From contig DAIQNR010000003.1 in NCBI GenBank assembly GCA_036788295.1, forward strand, positions 74,211-138,210: a stretch of 64,000 nucleotides of DNA. Direction: 5' to 3'. Position 1 is the first letter of the stretch. Each line of letters starts with the position of its first letter. Position numbers and translations under genes: made by a program. Below are positions 37,658 to 47,030 of the stretch, in pieces. Source of the DNA: Myxococcota bacterium. GTDB lineage: Bacteria; Myxococcota; Kuafuiibacteriia; Kuafuiibacteriales; Kuafuiibacteriaceae. The notes beneath the pieces were generated by a model, which searched no databases, had not been told where the DNA came from, and saw only the letters and a list, made by a program, of their open reading frames with translations.

Positions 37658-39922
37658 TCAGGCGGGGACTTCGGCGGGAGCCGAACCCGCTGCTTCGGTC
37701 GCCTCCCCCAAGATCGCCTCGATCTCGGCGATCCGGGCCGCCCGCCGGGGGTCGAGCGGCCCCCGGGCGCTCGCGATCTCCCGGATGATCTCGAGCGCAC
37801 TCGTGCGGTCTTCGGGGCGGGGCAACAGGCGGGGGAGGGCGGCGATCGCCTCCTTGGGCCGGTCGAGCAGGAGCGTCTGCTGTTCCCGAATCAGCGTGCG
37901 GAGCGCGGGGGAATGAAGCGGGCCGTCGGCCACCAGCGGGCGGAAGCACTGCTTGAACGCGTTGAACCCCCGCTCATCGACCGAGTGGTCGGCCATCAGC
38001 ACGTACATGGTCGCCCGGAGCACCGCCTCGGGCAGACCGCCTCCGCCGAGCATCTCGTCGAGGTGTCGCCGCTGGCGGTCGGCCAGGTGGTCGAACACGA
38101 ACTCTCGGGTGGGACCGGGGTCGGGGGTCGCCGGGTCGAGCCCGAGCAAGCCTTGGGTGAGCGCGCCGCCGAACACCGCCTCGAACCACGCCTCGAGCGC
38201 GCGGTCCCGCTGGCTCGACCACGCGGAGGCGGCGTCGATGAGGCCGTCCACCGCTCGGCGCTGGGCCTGCCACAGGGGGTTGTCGTCGGCCACCGGGTGG
38301 CGGTGGCTGCGCACGTACCCCGCCGCCCAAGACAGGGGCAGGCCAGCGAGCCGCATGAGCGGGTTCTTCTGAGACCACAGGGTGTACCGAAGGCGCACCG
38401 GCTGGGCCTGCCGCAAAGCCTCTGCCCCCCGCTCGGTGGCGAGCCTTCGGACCACCGGCTGGGCGAAGCGGCGATACAAGGACGAGTTGACCGCCGAGAG
38501 CTTGGCCACCGCGGCGAAGCGGGCCGTGTTCTCGGGGCTGCGCCCGCCGATGCGCCGAAGGTCGTCGAGCGTGCGCGCCTTGAACTTCGTCGCGTACCGG
38601 CCCTCGACGTACCGGGAGTTTCGCTCGTCCTCCGGGATCTCGGTGATGACCGCCTCGTACAGCCCGGGAGGGAGCAGCTCGATGAGATCGATGTTCTCGA
38701 TGAACTCGGCGTGCTCCCGCTCGGCGAGGCGGCCGGACACGAAGATGCCGAGGTGCCCGACGTCCGGGTGCACGCAGTACACGATGGTTTGCTCGGCGGC
38801 CCGGATGTCCTCGACGCTGCGGTAGAGGTCGAGGATCCAGTTGAGGGCCTGCGCCGGAGGGGTGATGCGGTCCCCGTGGGAGGTGAGCACGACGATCGGG
38901 CTGCGGATGTTTCGGATGTCGATGCGGTGGCCGCTCGGGCTCCTCAGCTCGCCCCGGGAGAGTTTGTTGCCGATGAACAGCTCGCTCGAGATGAACCGGA
39001 TCTCATCGGCGTTCATCAAGAAGAAGCCGCCCCACCACCGCTCGAACTCGAGGAACCGCTCCGCCTCGGTGTCGATTCGCTCGTAGACCCGCCACGGCTT
39101 GCGCAAGTACGTGTTCGCCGGGTTCAGGCCCTCGAAGTTCTGAACGAGGTAGGCCCCGTCGAAGCGCCCGTTGCCGAGGTCGCTCGCCAGCTCACCGAGC
39201 CACGCTCCGCCCATCAAGCCCCCAAAGTACCGCATCGGGCTCGCCCCCCGGGGGCCATCCCAATAGGCGAGCGGGGTCCCGGCGAGCACGATCGGGCCTA
39301 CCTTGTCCGGGTTGGCCCCCCCTAGCAGCGTGACCGCCCACCCGGCCTGGCAGTTGCCGATGAGCACCGGATCGCCGTTGGCTTCCGGGTGCCGGCGCCG
39401 GACCTCCTCGAGAAACGCGACCTCCGCCGCGGTGATGTCCTCGATGGTCTGGGTGGGCTCGGGGTGCGGTCCAAAGCTCACGAAATAGCATGGGTGGCCG
39501 GCCCGGAGCGCCACCCCCACCTGGCTGTCGGTCTGCGAGCCGCCGATGCCTGGCCCCTGCCCGGCCCGGGGGTCGATGATGACGTACGGCCGCTTCGCGG
39601 GGTCCACCGCCATCCCCTCGGGGGGGATGATCTTCAGCAGCTGGTAGCTCGTCTTGCGGGGAAGATCTCGGCCGTCGAGGACCAGCTCGTAGTCGAAGCG
39701 GAGCACCGGCGGGTTTCCGGCCGCGTTGTGGGCCAGAAACTGCTGCCCTCGTCGGTGAAGCAGGTCCGCGTACAGGACGGCGCGCTCGGCGGCGTCGACT
39801 CCGTAGGACCAGACCGGGCGCAGCCAGGGGGCGGCGGCGTCGAGGAGGGCGAGTGGGGACGTATCGGCCATCGGTTGGGCCGAGGTTGCCACAACTTCAG
39901 GACGAATGCTGCGCCGCAACAA
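37658..39922 (-). CDS. DUF3141-like / PHA-synthase-like alpha/beta-hydrolase fold protein
   Basis: The 754-aa product has a nucleophile-elbow-like GNCQAGW and α/β-hydrolase-like segments (…VLAGTPLAYWDG…). This long architecture matches proteins often annotated poly(3-hydroxyalkanoate) synthetase-like. Confidence 0.55.
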   Translation of the reverse strand: MLRRSIRPEVVATSAQPMADTSPLALLDAAAPWLRPVWSYGVDAAERAVLYADLLHRRGQQFLAHNAAGNPPVLRFDYELVLDGRDLPRKTSYQLLKIIPPEGMAVDPAKRPYVIIDPRAGQGPGIGGSQTDSQVGVALRAGHPCYFVSFGPHPEPTQTIEDITAAEVAFLEEVRRRHPEANGDPVLIGNCQAGWAVTLLGGANPDKVGPIVLAGTPLAYWDGPRGASPMRYFGGLMGGAWLGELASDLGNGRFDGAYLVQNFEGLNPANTYLRKPWRVYERIDTEAERFLEFERWWGGFFLMNADEIRFISSELFIGNKLSRGELRSPSGHRIDIRNIRSPIVVLTSHGDRITPPAQALNWILDLYRSVEDIRAAEQTIVYCVHPDVGHLGIFVSGRLAEREHAEFIENIDLIELLPPGLYEAVITEIPEDERNSRYVEGRYATKFKARTLDDLRRIGGRSPENTARFAAVAKLSAVNSSLYRRFAQPVVRRLATERGAEALRQAQPVRLRYTLWSQKNPLMRLAGLPLSWAAGYVRSHRHPVADDNPLWQAQRRAVDGLIDAASAWSSQRDRALEAWFEAVFGGALTQGLLGLDPATPDPGPTREFVFDHLADRQRRHLDEMLGGGGLPEAVLRATMYVLMADHSVDERGFNAFKQCFRPLVADGPLHSPALRTLIREQQTLLLDRPKEAIAALPRLLPRPEDRTSALEIIREIASARGPLDPRRAARIAEIEAILGEATEAAGSAPAEVPA

Positions 39923-39962
39923 CCGACCGCAGCCTCGCCGGTCGGGTTGATGGTAGAAACCC

Positions 39963-40835
39963 TTAATGCGGCAGGCCCATTTCGGCGCGCATGGCCCGAA
40001 ACGCCTCGGTGCGGCGGCCGGCGTCGTCCCGGACGACGAGGGTCTCGCTCGTGGGCTCCCCCCCGGGCTCGCGCCCGCAGCTGAACACGGAGAAGAGGGG
40101 CATTTTGCCCGCTCTCGGCACGACGTCCACCCGGCGCAGCACCGCGAGCCCGGCGGCCTTGGCCGCGGCCTCGACCCGGGGGATCTGCCGGCTGTCCTCG
40201 CACACCACGAAGCGGCCGCCAGCGCGGTCGTCTTTCGGCGAAACGAGCAGCCGGGCGGCGGCGGCGCAGTACGCCTCGATCCCGCCCCGGGTTTCGAACC
40301 GGCACGGGCCCCGCTGCGGCTTGTCGGAGGCCACCCCCGAGCCCTCGGGCAAGTAGGGCGGGGTCCCGGTCACGAGGTCGAAGATCGGGCCCTCGGGCAG
40401 CATCGATGGATCCCGGAGGTCCCCGTGCCTCGCCTCGACCCGATCGCCGGCGCCGACGTGGGCGATGGAGCGGCGGCATAGATCCACGCTTAGGGCCTGC
40501 GCCTCCACGCCGATGAGCCGCGCGTTCTGAAATCGCCAAGCCAGCATCAAGAGCACGGAGCCGATGCCCGAGCCGAGGTCAGAGGCCCACCGGGGCGGAG
40601 GGCCTTGGCTGGCCACCGCCGCGGTCACGAAATCGTCGAGCGACCACCGGTGGCCGTCGAGGCGCTGCAGGATCTGCCAGTCTCCGAGCAGGTAGCACAG
40701 GTCTTCGCCGTCCCGAGGCTCGGCGGTTGGGCCGGAGCAGGGCGGGCCCGCGGCGCGAAAGCCAGGGGGACGGCGGGCCGCCCGCACGATCCCTCCCTCC
40801 GGGCTGTACCGGTCCCCGGGTCGAAAACTCCGCAC
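39963..40835 (-). CDS. SAM-dependent N6-adenine methyltransferase (tRNA m6A37 TrmN6-like)
   Basis: LIGVEAQALSVDLCRRS (SAM-binding region) and VTGTPPYLPEG (the (D/N)PPY N6-MTase motif). The true start is probably internal to the track ORF. The gene lies 40 nt upstream of the DUF3141-like gene on the same strand. Confidence 0.55.
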   Translation of the reverse strand: MRSFRPGDRYSPEGGIVRAARRPPGFRAAGPPCSGPTAEPRDGEDLCYLLGDWQILQRLDGHRWSLDDFVTAAVASQGPPPRWASDLGSGIGSVLLMLAWRFQNARLIGVEAQALSVDLCRRSIAHVGAGDRVEARHGDLRDPSMLPEGPIFDLVTGTPPYLPEGSGVASDKPQRGPCRFETRGGIEAYCAAAARLLVSPKDDRAGGRFVVCEDSRQIPRVEAAAKAAGLAVLRRVDVVPRAGKMPLFSVFSCGREPGGEPTSETLVVRDDAGRRTEAFRAMRAEMGLPH

Positions 40836-40953
40836 CGCCCCGAAACTGGCATCGGGGAGCGGTCTCGGCCATCGGCAACGGCGATCCGACTCGCGCCCGA
40901 GTCACCGCGGCTCGCCGATCCGACGACCGCCGTGGTAGGCCACCCTGCCTACC

Positions 40954-42537
40954 ATGTCCGTTGCTTGCTCATGGCCCCGCCCCCTTGTCGCCTCGGGCGG
41001 GCTCGTGATCGGCGTGCTGCTTTCTGCGTGTCCGAGCCTCGAGTTTCGCCCCCCCATCCCTCCCGCCGCCTCTCAGGAGTTCGCGCAAGATCCGCTCGAT
41101 GCGAGGGCCAAGGACTCGGTTGTGGAGACCCGAGTCGGGCTCGACCTGGCGCCGCTGGCTGCCCGGCTCGAGACGGCGCTCGGCGAGCTGCTCGGCGGCG
41201 TTCGGGTGGAGCTCGAGCGGGCGGGCACCAGCACCGTGGTCGGCGGGACCGGCTCCCCGCCGCCGGTCGAGCTCCGGCCGCTGACCGCCGATGGGGCCAG
41301 AATTTGGATCGAAATGCGGCCTCAACCGGTCAAGGCGCGCCTCGAGGGCGGTGAAGTCACGCTCGACGCCGACATCGCGATCGCCGCGGTGCTGACCGCC
41401 ACGGTGGGGTCCCGGCGGTTCGCCGACGCCTGCGGGTGCGCCGAGCGGTCGTGGTGCGAGGGGCGGCCGGGCGAGCCGCTCCGCGCGCGCCTCCGCTGGA
41501 GCGGTCAGCTTGGTCTTGGCGAGGCGTTCGGGCTGGCCGTGGAGCCGAAGAGCAAGGTGGCGATCGACGGCAGCTGCCTCTTGCGCCCCCGGAGGGCGCT
41601 AGAGGCCCTCGACGTGCTCGATCTGGTCCGATCCGCGCTCGACGGGGCGGCCCAACGCGGCGCTGCGCTCATCGAGGCCGAAGCGGCGCGATACGAAGCG
41701 CTCGAGGAGCAACTCGCTCCGCTGTGGGCCGGGCTCTCCGGCCTCGTTCCGCTCGAAGGGGACGATGGGCGGCGGCTCGCCCTGCGCCCAGCTGGGGTGC
41801 AGGTGGACGACTTTCAGCCTGCCGGGTCCCTGGCTGCGGTTCGGGCCCGGTTTCGGCTCAACCCGGTGATCACGCAGCGCGAGATGGAGCCGGTCGGCGA
41901 TCTGGTGCTCGGCTCCGTGCAGGACGCGGAGGGGTTTCGCGTCCTCGGATCCTTCGACGTCAGCCTGCAGCGGCTCGAGCGAGAGCTCGGCCAGGAGCTG
42001 CTCGGGCGGCGGTTTCCCCCCCGCTCCAGCGAGCGCTTCGTCGAGCTGACCGAGGTCGAGGTCCTTGGCGGCGCCCAGCGGGTGATCGTTCGGCTCGGGT
42101 TCGAAGGGTCGAGCCGAGGTGATTTGGTGCTGACCGGATACCTGCGGGCGAACGGCGAGACCGCGCAGATCGAAGCGAACGACATCGAGTTCACGCCGGA
42201 GTCGCTCGACGCGATCGGGATGCTCGCGGACGAGGTCGAGCGCTCGAATTTGACCGTGCAGCGCATCCCCTGGATGGACCCAGAACAGCTCGAGAACGAG
42301 GTTGCGCGGGCCCTCCGAAAGCCGCTGACGGCGCCGCTGCGCTCGGTCGAGAGCCGGGCCGAAGCGGCGGCGCAGCGTCTCGGGGTGCCGGGGCGACGCC
42401 TGCGCTTCATCGTCAACACGGAAGAGATGCTGGACGTGAGCCTCGCCCGGGAGCGAGCGCGGGTCGTCGTGCTGTTCGAGGGCGAGGGTAGGCTCGAGCG
42501 GGCGGCCGCTGTCCTTCCCGTGAACGGCTCGGACTGA
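40954..42537 (+). CDS. Hypothetical lipoprotein
   Basis: MSVACSWPRPLVASGGLVIGVLLSACPS has a lipobox. The 527-aa product shows good codon bias. No enzymatic motif is recognised. Confidence 0.6.
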   Translation: MSVACSWPRPLVASGGLVIGVLLSACPSLEFRPPIPPAASQEFAQDPLDARAKDSVVETRVGLDLAPLAARLETALGELLGGVRVELERAGTSTVVGGTGSPPPVELRPLTADGARIWIEMRPQPVKARLEGGEVTLDADIAIAAVLTATVGSRRFADACGCAERSWCEGRPGEPLRARLRWSGQLGLGEAFGLAVEPKSKVAIDGSCLLRPRRALEALDVLDLVRSALDGAAQRGAALIEAEAARYEALEEQLAPLWAGLSGLVPLEGDDGRRLALRPAGVQVDDFQPAGSLAAVRARFRLNPVITQREMEPVGDLVLGSVQDAEGFRVLGSFDVSLQRLERELGQELLGRRFPPRSSERFVELTEVEVLGGAQRVIVRLGFEGSSRGDLVLTGYLRANGETAQIEANDIEFTPESLDAIGMLADEVERSNLTVQRIPWMDPEQLENEVARALRKPLTAPLRSVESRAEAAAQRLGVPGRRLRFIVNTEEMLDVSLARERARVVVLFEGEGRLERAAAVLPVNGSD

Positions 42538-42604
42538 ACCGGCCACAGGACCCCGGCCGACTTCGCTCAGCGAGCGAGATTGGGCCCGGGCCCTCGCGGC
42601 TGCT

Positions 42605-44106
42605 CTAGAAATTCGCCTCGAGCCGGAGCGCGAAGGTCAGCTCCGGGTCGGTGAGCGGGCCGGCGGTGGGACCGTCGAACACCGTGAGCTGAAGCTCAGC
42701 CTCGAGCTCGAGCAGGTCGGTCATGTGCCACTGGGCGGACAGGGACGTGCCCTGGGCCATCTTCGCGAACCGGGCGGCATCGGCGAAGCCTTCCCGGAAC
42801 GCGGTCGGATCGAGGTGGATGCCCTGGACCCGCGCCGCGACCGAGACTCCCCCCCACTGGCCGCGGCTCGGGTCGAGCGGGCGCTTGGGGCTGATGCCAA
42901 AGAAGCCGTTCTCGTCGTCGGTCACGGCATAGCTCACCCATGCCTGCCAGGCCTGGTGCGCGACCGGTGCGGCCGCCTGGCCCCGCTGCACCCGCTGCAT
43001 GGACCAGACGTACTCGAAGAGCGCTTTCCATCGATCCTTTCGCCAAAAGCCGTGGGCAGAGAACCGGGCTCGGGTCCCGTTGGCGTACGCGCCGTCCTCT
43101 CCCCCCTGGTACTCGAAGATGCGCTGCCGTCCGAGGGTCGAGACCCGGCCGAGGCGAGCATCCTCGGGGTTGCCCCGCTCCTCTCCGTAGCTTCCGGACA
43201 GCCCCAGGCCAAAATGGTACAGCGCCGGCACGTCGAGCAGCCGAAAGGGCTGAAAGTAGATGCGCCCGGCGATCTCTGGGTCGTCGCGGGCCATCTCATC
43301 GATGCTCTCGAGGTCGGCCGCGCCGCTGAGCAGCGCCACGTCGTAGCTGAAGAACCCTTCTTTGGACTGGCCGTGAAAGAACACGCCCACGTCCCGATTC
43401 GGAGACAGCTCGTTGGGAAACCCCCGCTCGATGAACGTGAGCGCAAACGCTCGGGCCCGTCGCTCGAAGCCGAACGGCGACTTGAAGATCCCGACCCGCA
43501 CGCTGAACTCCGGAAAGCGCCGCCAGTCCAAGTAGAAGTCGATGGGCAGCGGACGCACCGCCACGTCGAAGGCGCCGCGAAAATCGAGCTCGCCGAACAT
43601 TACCGCCTCGATCGCGATGCGCAGCCGGCGGGGGAGGACATCTACGTCGCCGGTGGGGGCGAGGGTGAAGCGTCCATCGAGATGGGCGAGCCCCAAGGCC
43701 CGGAGCATGAACCGGCGGTCCGGGCTGCCGAACCACAGGCCGCGGTTCTTCGGAATGCCGGTGGGCCGGGCCATGGCGCCGGGGAGGATCTCGAGGTCGT
43801 ACACCATGCGGCGGCCGAAAGACCGGGCTTTGGCCCTGGTGCTCGTGCGGGTGGAGGACAACCGCCGCGGCGCGGCGCCCGGCGCGGCCTCGTCGGGCGC
43901 GGAGCCCGTCGCAGCCTCACTTGCCCCTCCGCCGGATTCGGGGTCCTCACGGTCCGGGGTCTCCCTCGTGCCGTCCTCGCTCGCACTTTCTTCTGCGGCC
44001 GCGGCTTCGGAGCCACCATCTTCGTCGGCGAAGGAGGGGCCGGCGGTGAAGAGCAGCAGCGATGCGACCAGAGCCGAGGCGCCGGAACGATGGTTTACCC
44101 TCACGC
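42605..44106 (-). CDS. Phosphate-selective porin O/P-family outer-membrane porin
   Basis: The signal peptide VRVNHRSGASALVASLLLFTAGPSFA begins at a GTG start at 44106. The product is acidic and Gly/Tyr/Phe-rich with β-strand alternation, and has a C-terminal …FALRLEANF terminal Phe typical of OM β-barrels. The longer track ORF start at 44977 is Arg-rich. Confidence 0.65.
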
Positions 44107-44293
44107 CCGCCCGCCGAGGGGAGGGTGCCGGACCGAGGTCCGCTCGGTCTGTCCGGCCACAATCATGGCCGCGGAGGTTAGCCAGAGCCGGGCGCCCTGC
44201 GTCAACCGCGAGGGAACCGAGCAATGGCTTCGAGCAACGGTTCGTTCCGCCCTTCTCGATAGATTCGGGCAGCGAGGGGCGCATCCTGCGGCC

Positions 44294-44971
44294 ATGATCA
44301 CGCTTCACCCGTCGAGCGCCCGGGGCCGCACCCGCCTGCCGTGGCTCGACAGCTTTCACAGCTTCTCGTTCGGGGATCACTACGATCCGGACCACATGGG
44401 CTTCTCGGCGCTCCGCGTCCTCAACGAGGACCGGGTGAAGGGGGGGACCGGCTTCGGGATGCACCCCCACCAGGACATGGAAATTCTCACCGTCGTCCTG
44501 TCCGGAGAGCTCGAGCACCGAGACAGCCTCGGCACCACCGCTCGCATCCGCCCTGGCGAGGTGCAGCGCATGACCGCCGGCACCGGCGTGCGGCACAGCG
44601 AGATGAACCCGGACCCGGACACGCCGGTTCACCTCCTGCAGATCTGGATTCTGCCCGAGCACCGGGGCCTCGCTCCGAGCTACGAGCAGCGGGCGTTCGG
44701 GGACGAGGGCCTCGTCCGGGTCGCAACGAGGGACGGCAGCGGCGCTACGCTGACCATTCACCAGGACGTCACGGTGCACGCGGGCCCGGTGCTTCGCCCG
44801 ACCGAGGTCCCGCTGTCCGGCCGGCGGGCGTGGGTGCAGGCGGCCGGCGGTCCGCTCACCGTGAACGGAGAGCGGCTCTGCCCCGGGGACGGCGCCGCCG
44901 TCGTCGGCGAAGAGCACCTCGAGGTCGGCGGGCAGGAGGGTAGCTTCGCTCTGGTGTTCGACCTGCCCTGA
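44294..44971 (+). CDS. Pirin-family protein
   Basis: RLPWLDSFHSFSFGDHYDPDHMGFSALRVLNEDRV…GMHPHQDMEILTVVLSGELEHRDSLG is a cupin pirin signature. The upstream 520 codons of track ORF 42725-44971 are antisense to the porin gene. Confidence 0.85.
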   Translation: MITLHPSSARGRTRLPWLDSFHSFSFGDHYDPDHMGFSALRVLNEDRVKGGTGFGMHPHQDMEILTVVLSGELEHRDSLGTTARIRPGEVQRMTAGTGVRHSEMNPDPDTPVHLLQIWILPEHRGLAPSYEQRAFGDEGLVRVATRDGSGATLTIHQDVTVHAGPVLRPTEVPLSGRRAWVQAAGGPLTVNGERLCPGDGAAVVGEEHLEVGGQEGSFALVFDLP

Positions 44972-45000
44972 CCCCAAGAACCCATCGGACCGGAGAAAAC

Positions 45001-45531
45001 ATGAACATCCTCGGCATCTCTGGGAGCCTGCGAAAGGGCTCCTTCAACACGAAACTTCTCCTTCATTTGAAGGAACGAGCGGCGCCCCGGGCCACCGTCG
45101 AGCTCGCGCACATCGGGAACCTCCCCCTGTTCGACGAGGACCTCGACACCCCGGCCGTGGTCGAGCGGTTTCGAGCCGACATCGAGCGGGCCGACGCCCT
45201 GCTCATCGCCACCCCGGAGTACAACTACTCCGTGCCCGGAGGGCTGAAGAACGCCATCGACTGGGCGTCGAGGCCGGCTTTTCAGTCCGTGCTCGCCCAC
45301 AAGCCGGCGGCCATGTTGGCGGCATCGAGGGGTCCGACCGGCGGGGCGCGGGCGCTTGGCCATCTTCGACAGATCCTCGGGGGCACGCTCACGCCGCTCT
45401 ATCCGGCTCCAGAGCTCGTGGTCCCGGCGGCGCACGCCGCGCTCGGCGACGGGGGTCCGGACGAGAAGCTCGCGGAGCGGCTCGAGCGGTTCTGGACCGG
45501 GTTTCTCGACTGGGTCGAGCGAGGTCGCTGA
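45001..45531 (+). CDS. NAD(P)H-dependent FMN reductase family protein
   Basis: MNILGISGSLRKGSFNTKLL…LIATPEYNYSVPGGLKNAIDWASR has flavodoxin-like fold motifs. A GGAG SD precedes the ATG. Confidence 0.85.
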   Translation: MNILGISGSLRKGSFNTKLLLHLKERAAPRATVELAHIGNLPLFDEDLDTPAVVERFRADIERADALLIATPEYNYSVPGGLKNAIDWASRPAFQSVLAHKPAAMLAASRGPTGGARALGHLRQILGGTLTPLYPAPELVVPAAHAALGDGGPDEKLAERLERFWTGFLDWVERGR

Positions 45532-45536
45532 GCGAG

Positions 45537-46967
45537 TCAGGCGGGGACGAAAAAGCCGTGAAACCCTGGCGGCTGGGGGTGGGGCAGCCGGTACCGGGCG
45601 ACGGTCTCGAGCGAGCCGGCGTCGAGGATCCACAGCTCGCTGGTGTCCGCTTCGGCCCGGTACACGACCGACAGCAGAAAGCCGTCGCCCTCGGCGGCGC
45701 CGGGGTGGCGGGGCACGAACAGCGGCTCGCCGGGGAGGTCGGCCCCGAGGTCTCGGACCAAAGTGGAGCCCGATGAAAAGTCCACTTTGGCGAGGCCGGT
45801 GTAGACCGGGACATCTCCGCCTCGGGCGGTCGCCCACCCTACGGTGTAGGGGAGGGCGACCCGTCGAGGGTCGATCGTGGGCAGCTCGAGCCCGGGGCCG
45901 TCGAGCCGCTCCTCTTCGATGCGTCCGGAAGGCAGATCGATCGTCCAGCGGGTGGGAAATCCGGCCGGAAACGGCGCCGCGCGGACCGCGTCCGCATCGG
46001 TGACATCGACGGTTCCCCCCACGAACTCGGGCATCCGGCATCCATCCACCACGAGCCGATCCCCGTCGTCGTAGGCCCCGAAGAAGTGAAACACGAAAAA
46101 CCCGCTCGGCGCCTCGAGCACCCGGGCCGGGCCCCCGTCCCTCGGCACCACGACCACCAGGGTCTTTGCGCTCGGGTCGGAGCGAATGGCCTCCACCGGG
46201 GTGCTGAAGCCGAGCAGGACGCGGGCCACCGCGAACGTGATCGGGCAGGCGAAGAACACCGCGTACCGACCGCTCAGGGCGAAGTCGTGCAGAAACGAGG
46301 GCCGGGGCAAGGGAATGGACTTCGCGTCGAGGCCGCTGCCTTGGGATCGGTACACGAACAGCCGGGGGCCCGGAGCGAAGAACAACCCGAAGTTGTGCAG
46401 CTCCCCGGTGGCGGCGCAGATCTTCGGGTGGGCCGAAAACGGTCGCTCCCGGTTCAGCAGCGACGCCGGGAACGGGTTGTGAAGCGCGCCGTCGAAGTCG
46501 TAGCGGCCGAACGTGGCGAGGCTGGCCGAGTCGAGCGCGTGGGGCTGGCCGGCTTCCCACAGCGCGAGCAGCCGACCCTCGTGGAGCACGACGCTGGTGT
46601 TGGCCGCGTTCTTGAATCGGGTGCGAAACAGGTTCTTCGCCGGGCCGCCCGGGACCTGGGTGCCGAACGCCCGGTAGAGCATGGCGCCGGCTTCGGCCTC
46701 TTCGCGGCGCTCGCGGGTCTCGACGTACCGGTTTCGGTAGCGGACCCCGCCCGGGCCGAGGGCAAACCGGCTCACCATGCCCTCTCCGTCGAAAGGGTGG
46801 AGCTGCTTCGTGCCGTGGACCTCGAGCCGGCCGGCCCCGTTTCGAAACAAGATCCCCTCGAGGCCATCGGGGACTCGGCCCTGCTCGGCGGGCAGCGCGA
46901 CGTCCACCTCGTCCTGCACCGGTCGGTACGCCCGCACCACCGATTGGATCGCGTCGCTGTGGGTCAT
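45537..46967 (-). CDS. Carotenoid cleavage oxygenase (RPE65/CCD family)
   Basis: The 476-aa product shows His-ligand contexts (…LHPFDGEGMV…, …FSAHPKI…, …FVFHFFGAYDD…, …GFHGFFV) typical of CCD β-propellers. Confidence 0.8.
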   Translation of the reverse strand: MTHSDAIQSVVRAYRPVQDEVDVALPAEQGRVPDGLEGILFRNGAGRLEVHGTKQLHPFDGEGMVSRFALGPGGVRYRNRYVETRERREEAEAGAMLYRAFGTQVPGGPAKNLFRTRFKNAANTSVVLHEGRLLALWEAGQPHALDSASLATFGRYDFDGALHNPFPASLLNRERPFSAHPKICAATGELHNFGLFFAPGPRLFVYRSQGSGLDAKSIPLPRPSFLHDFALSGRYAVFFACPITFAVARVLLGFSTPVEAIRSDPSAKTLVVVVPRDGGPARVLEAPSGFFVFHFFGAYDDGDRLVVDGCRMPEFVGGTVDVTDADAVRAAPFPAGFPTRWTIDLPSGRIEEERLDGPGLELPTIDPRRVALPYTVGWATARGGDVPVYTGLAKVDFSSGSTLVRDLGADLPGEPLFVPRHPGAAEGDGFLLSVVYRAEADTSELWILDAGSLETVARYRLPHPQPPGFHGFFVPA

Positions 46968-47030
46968 CGGCGGGGGACGTGCCCGCCCACGCTCGTGGAG
47001 GCAACCGCGAGCGGCCCCTGGCCGCGCCGG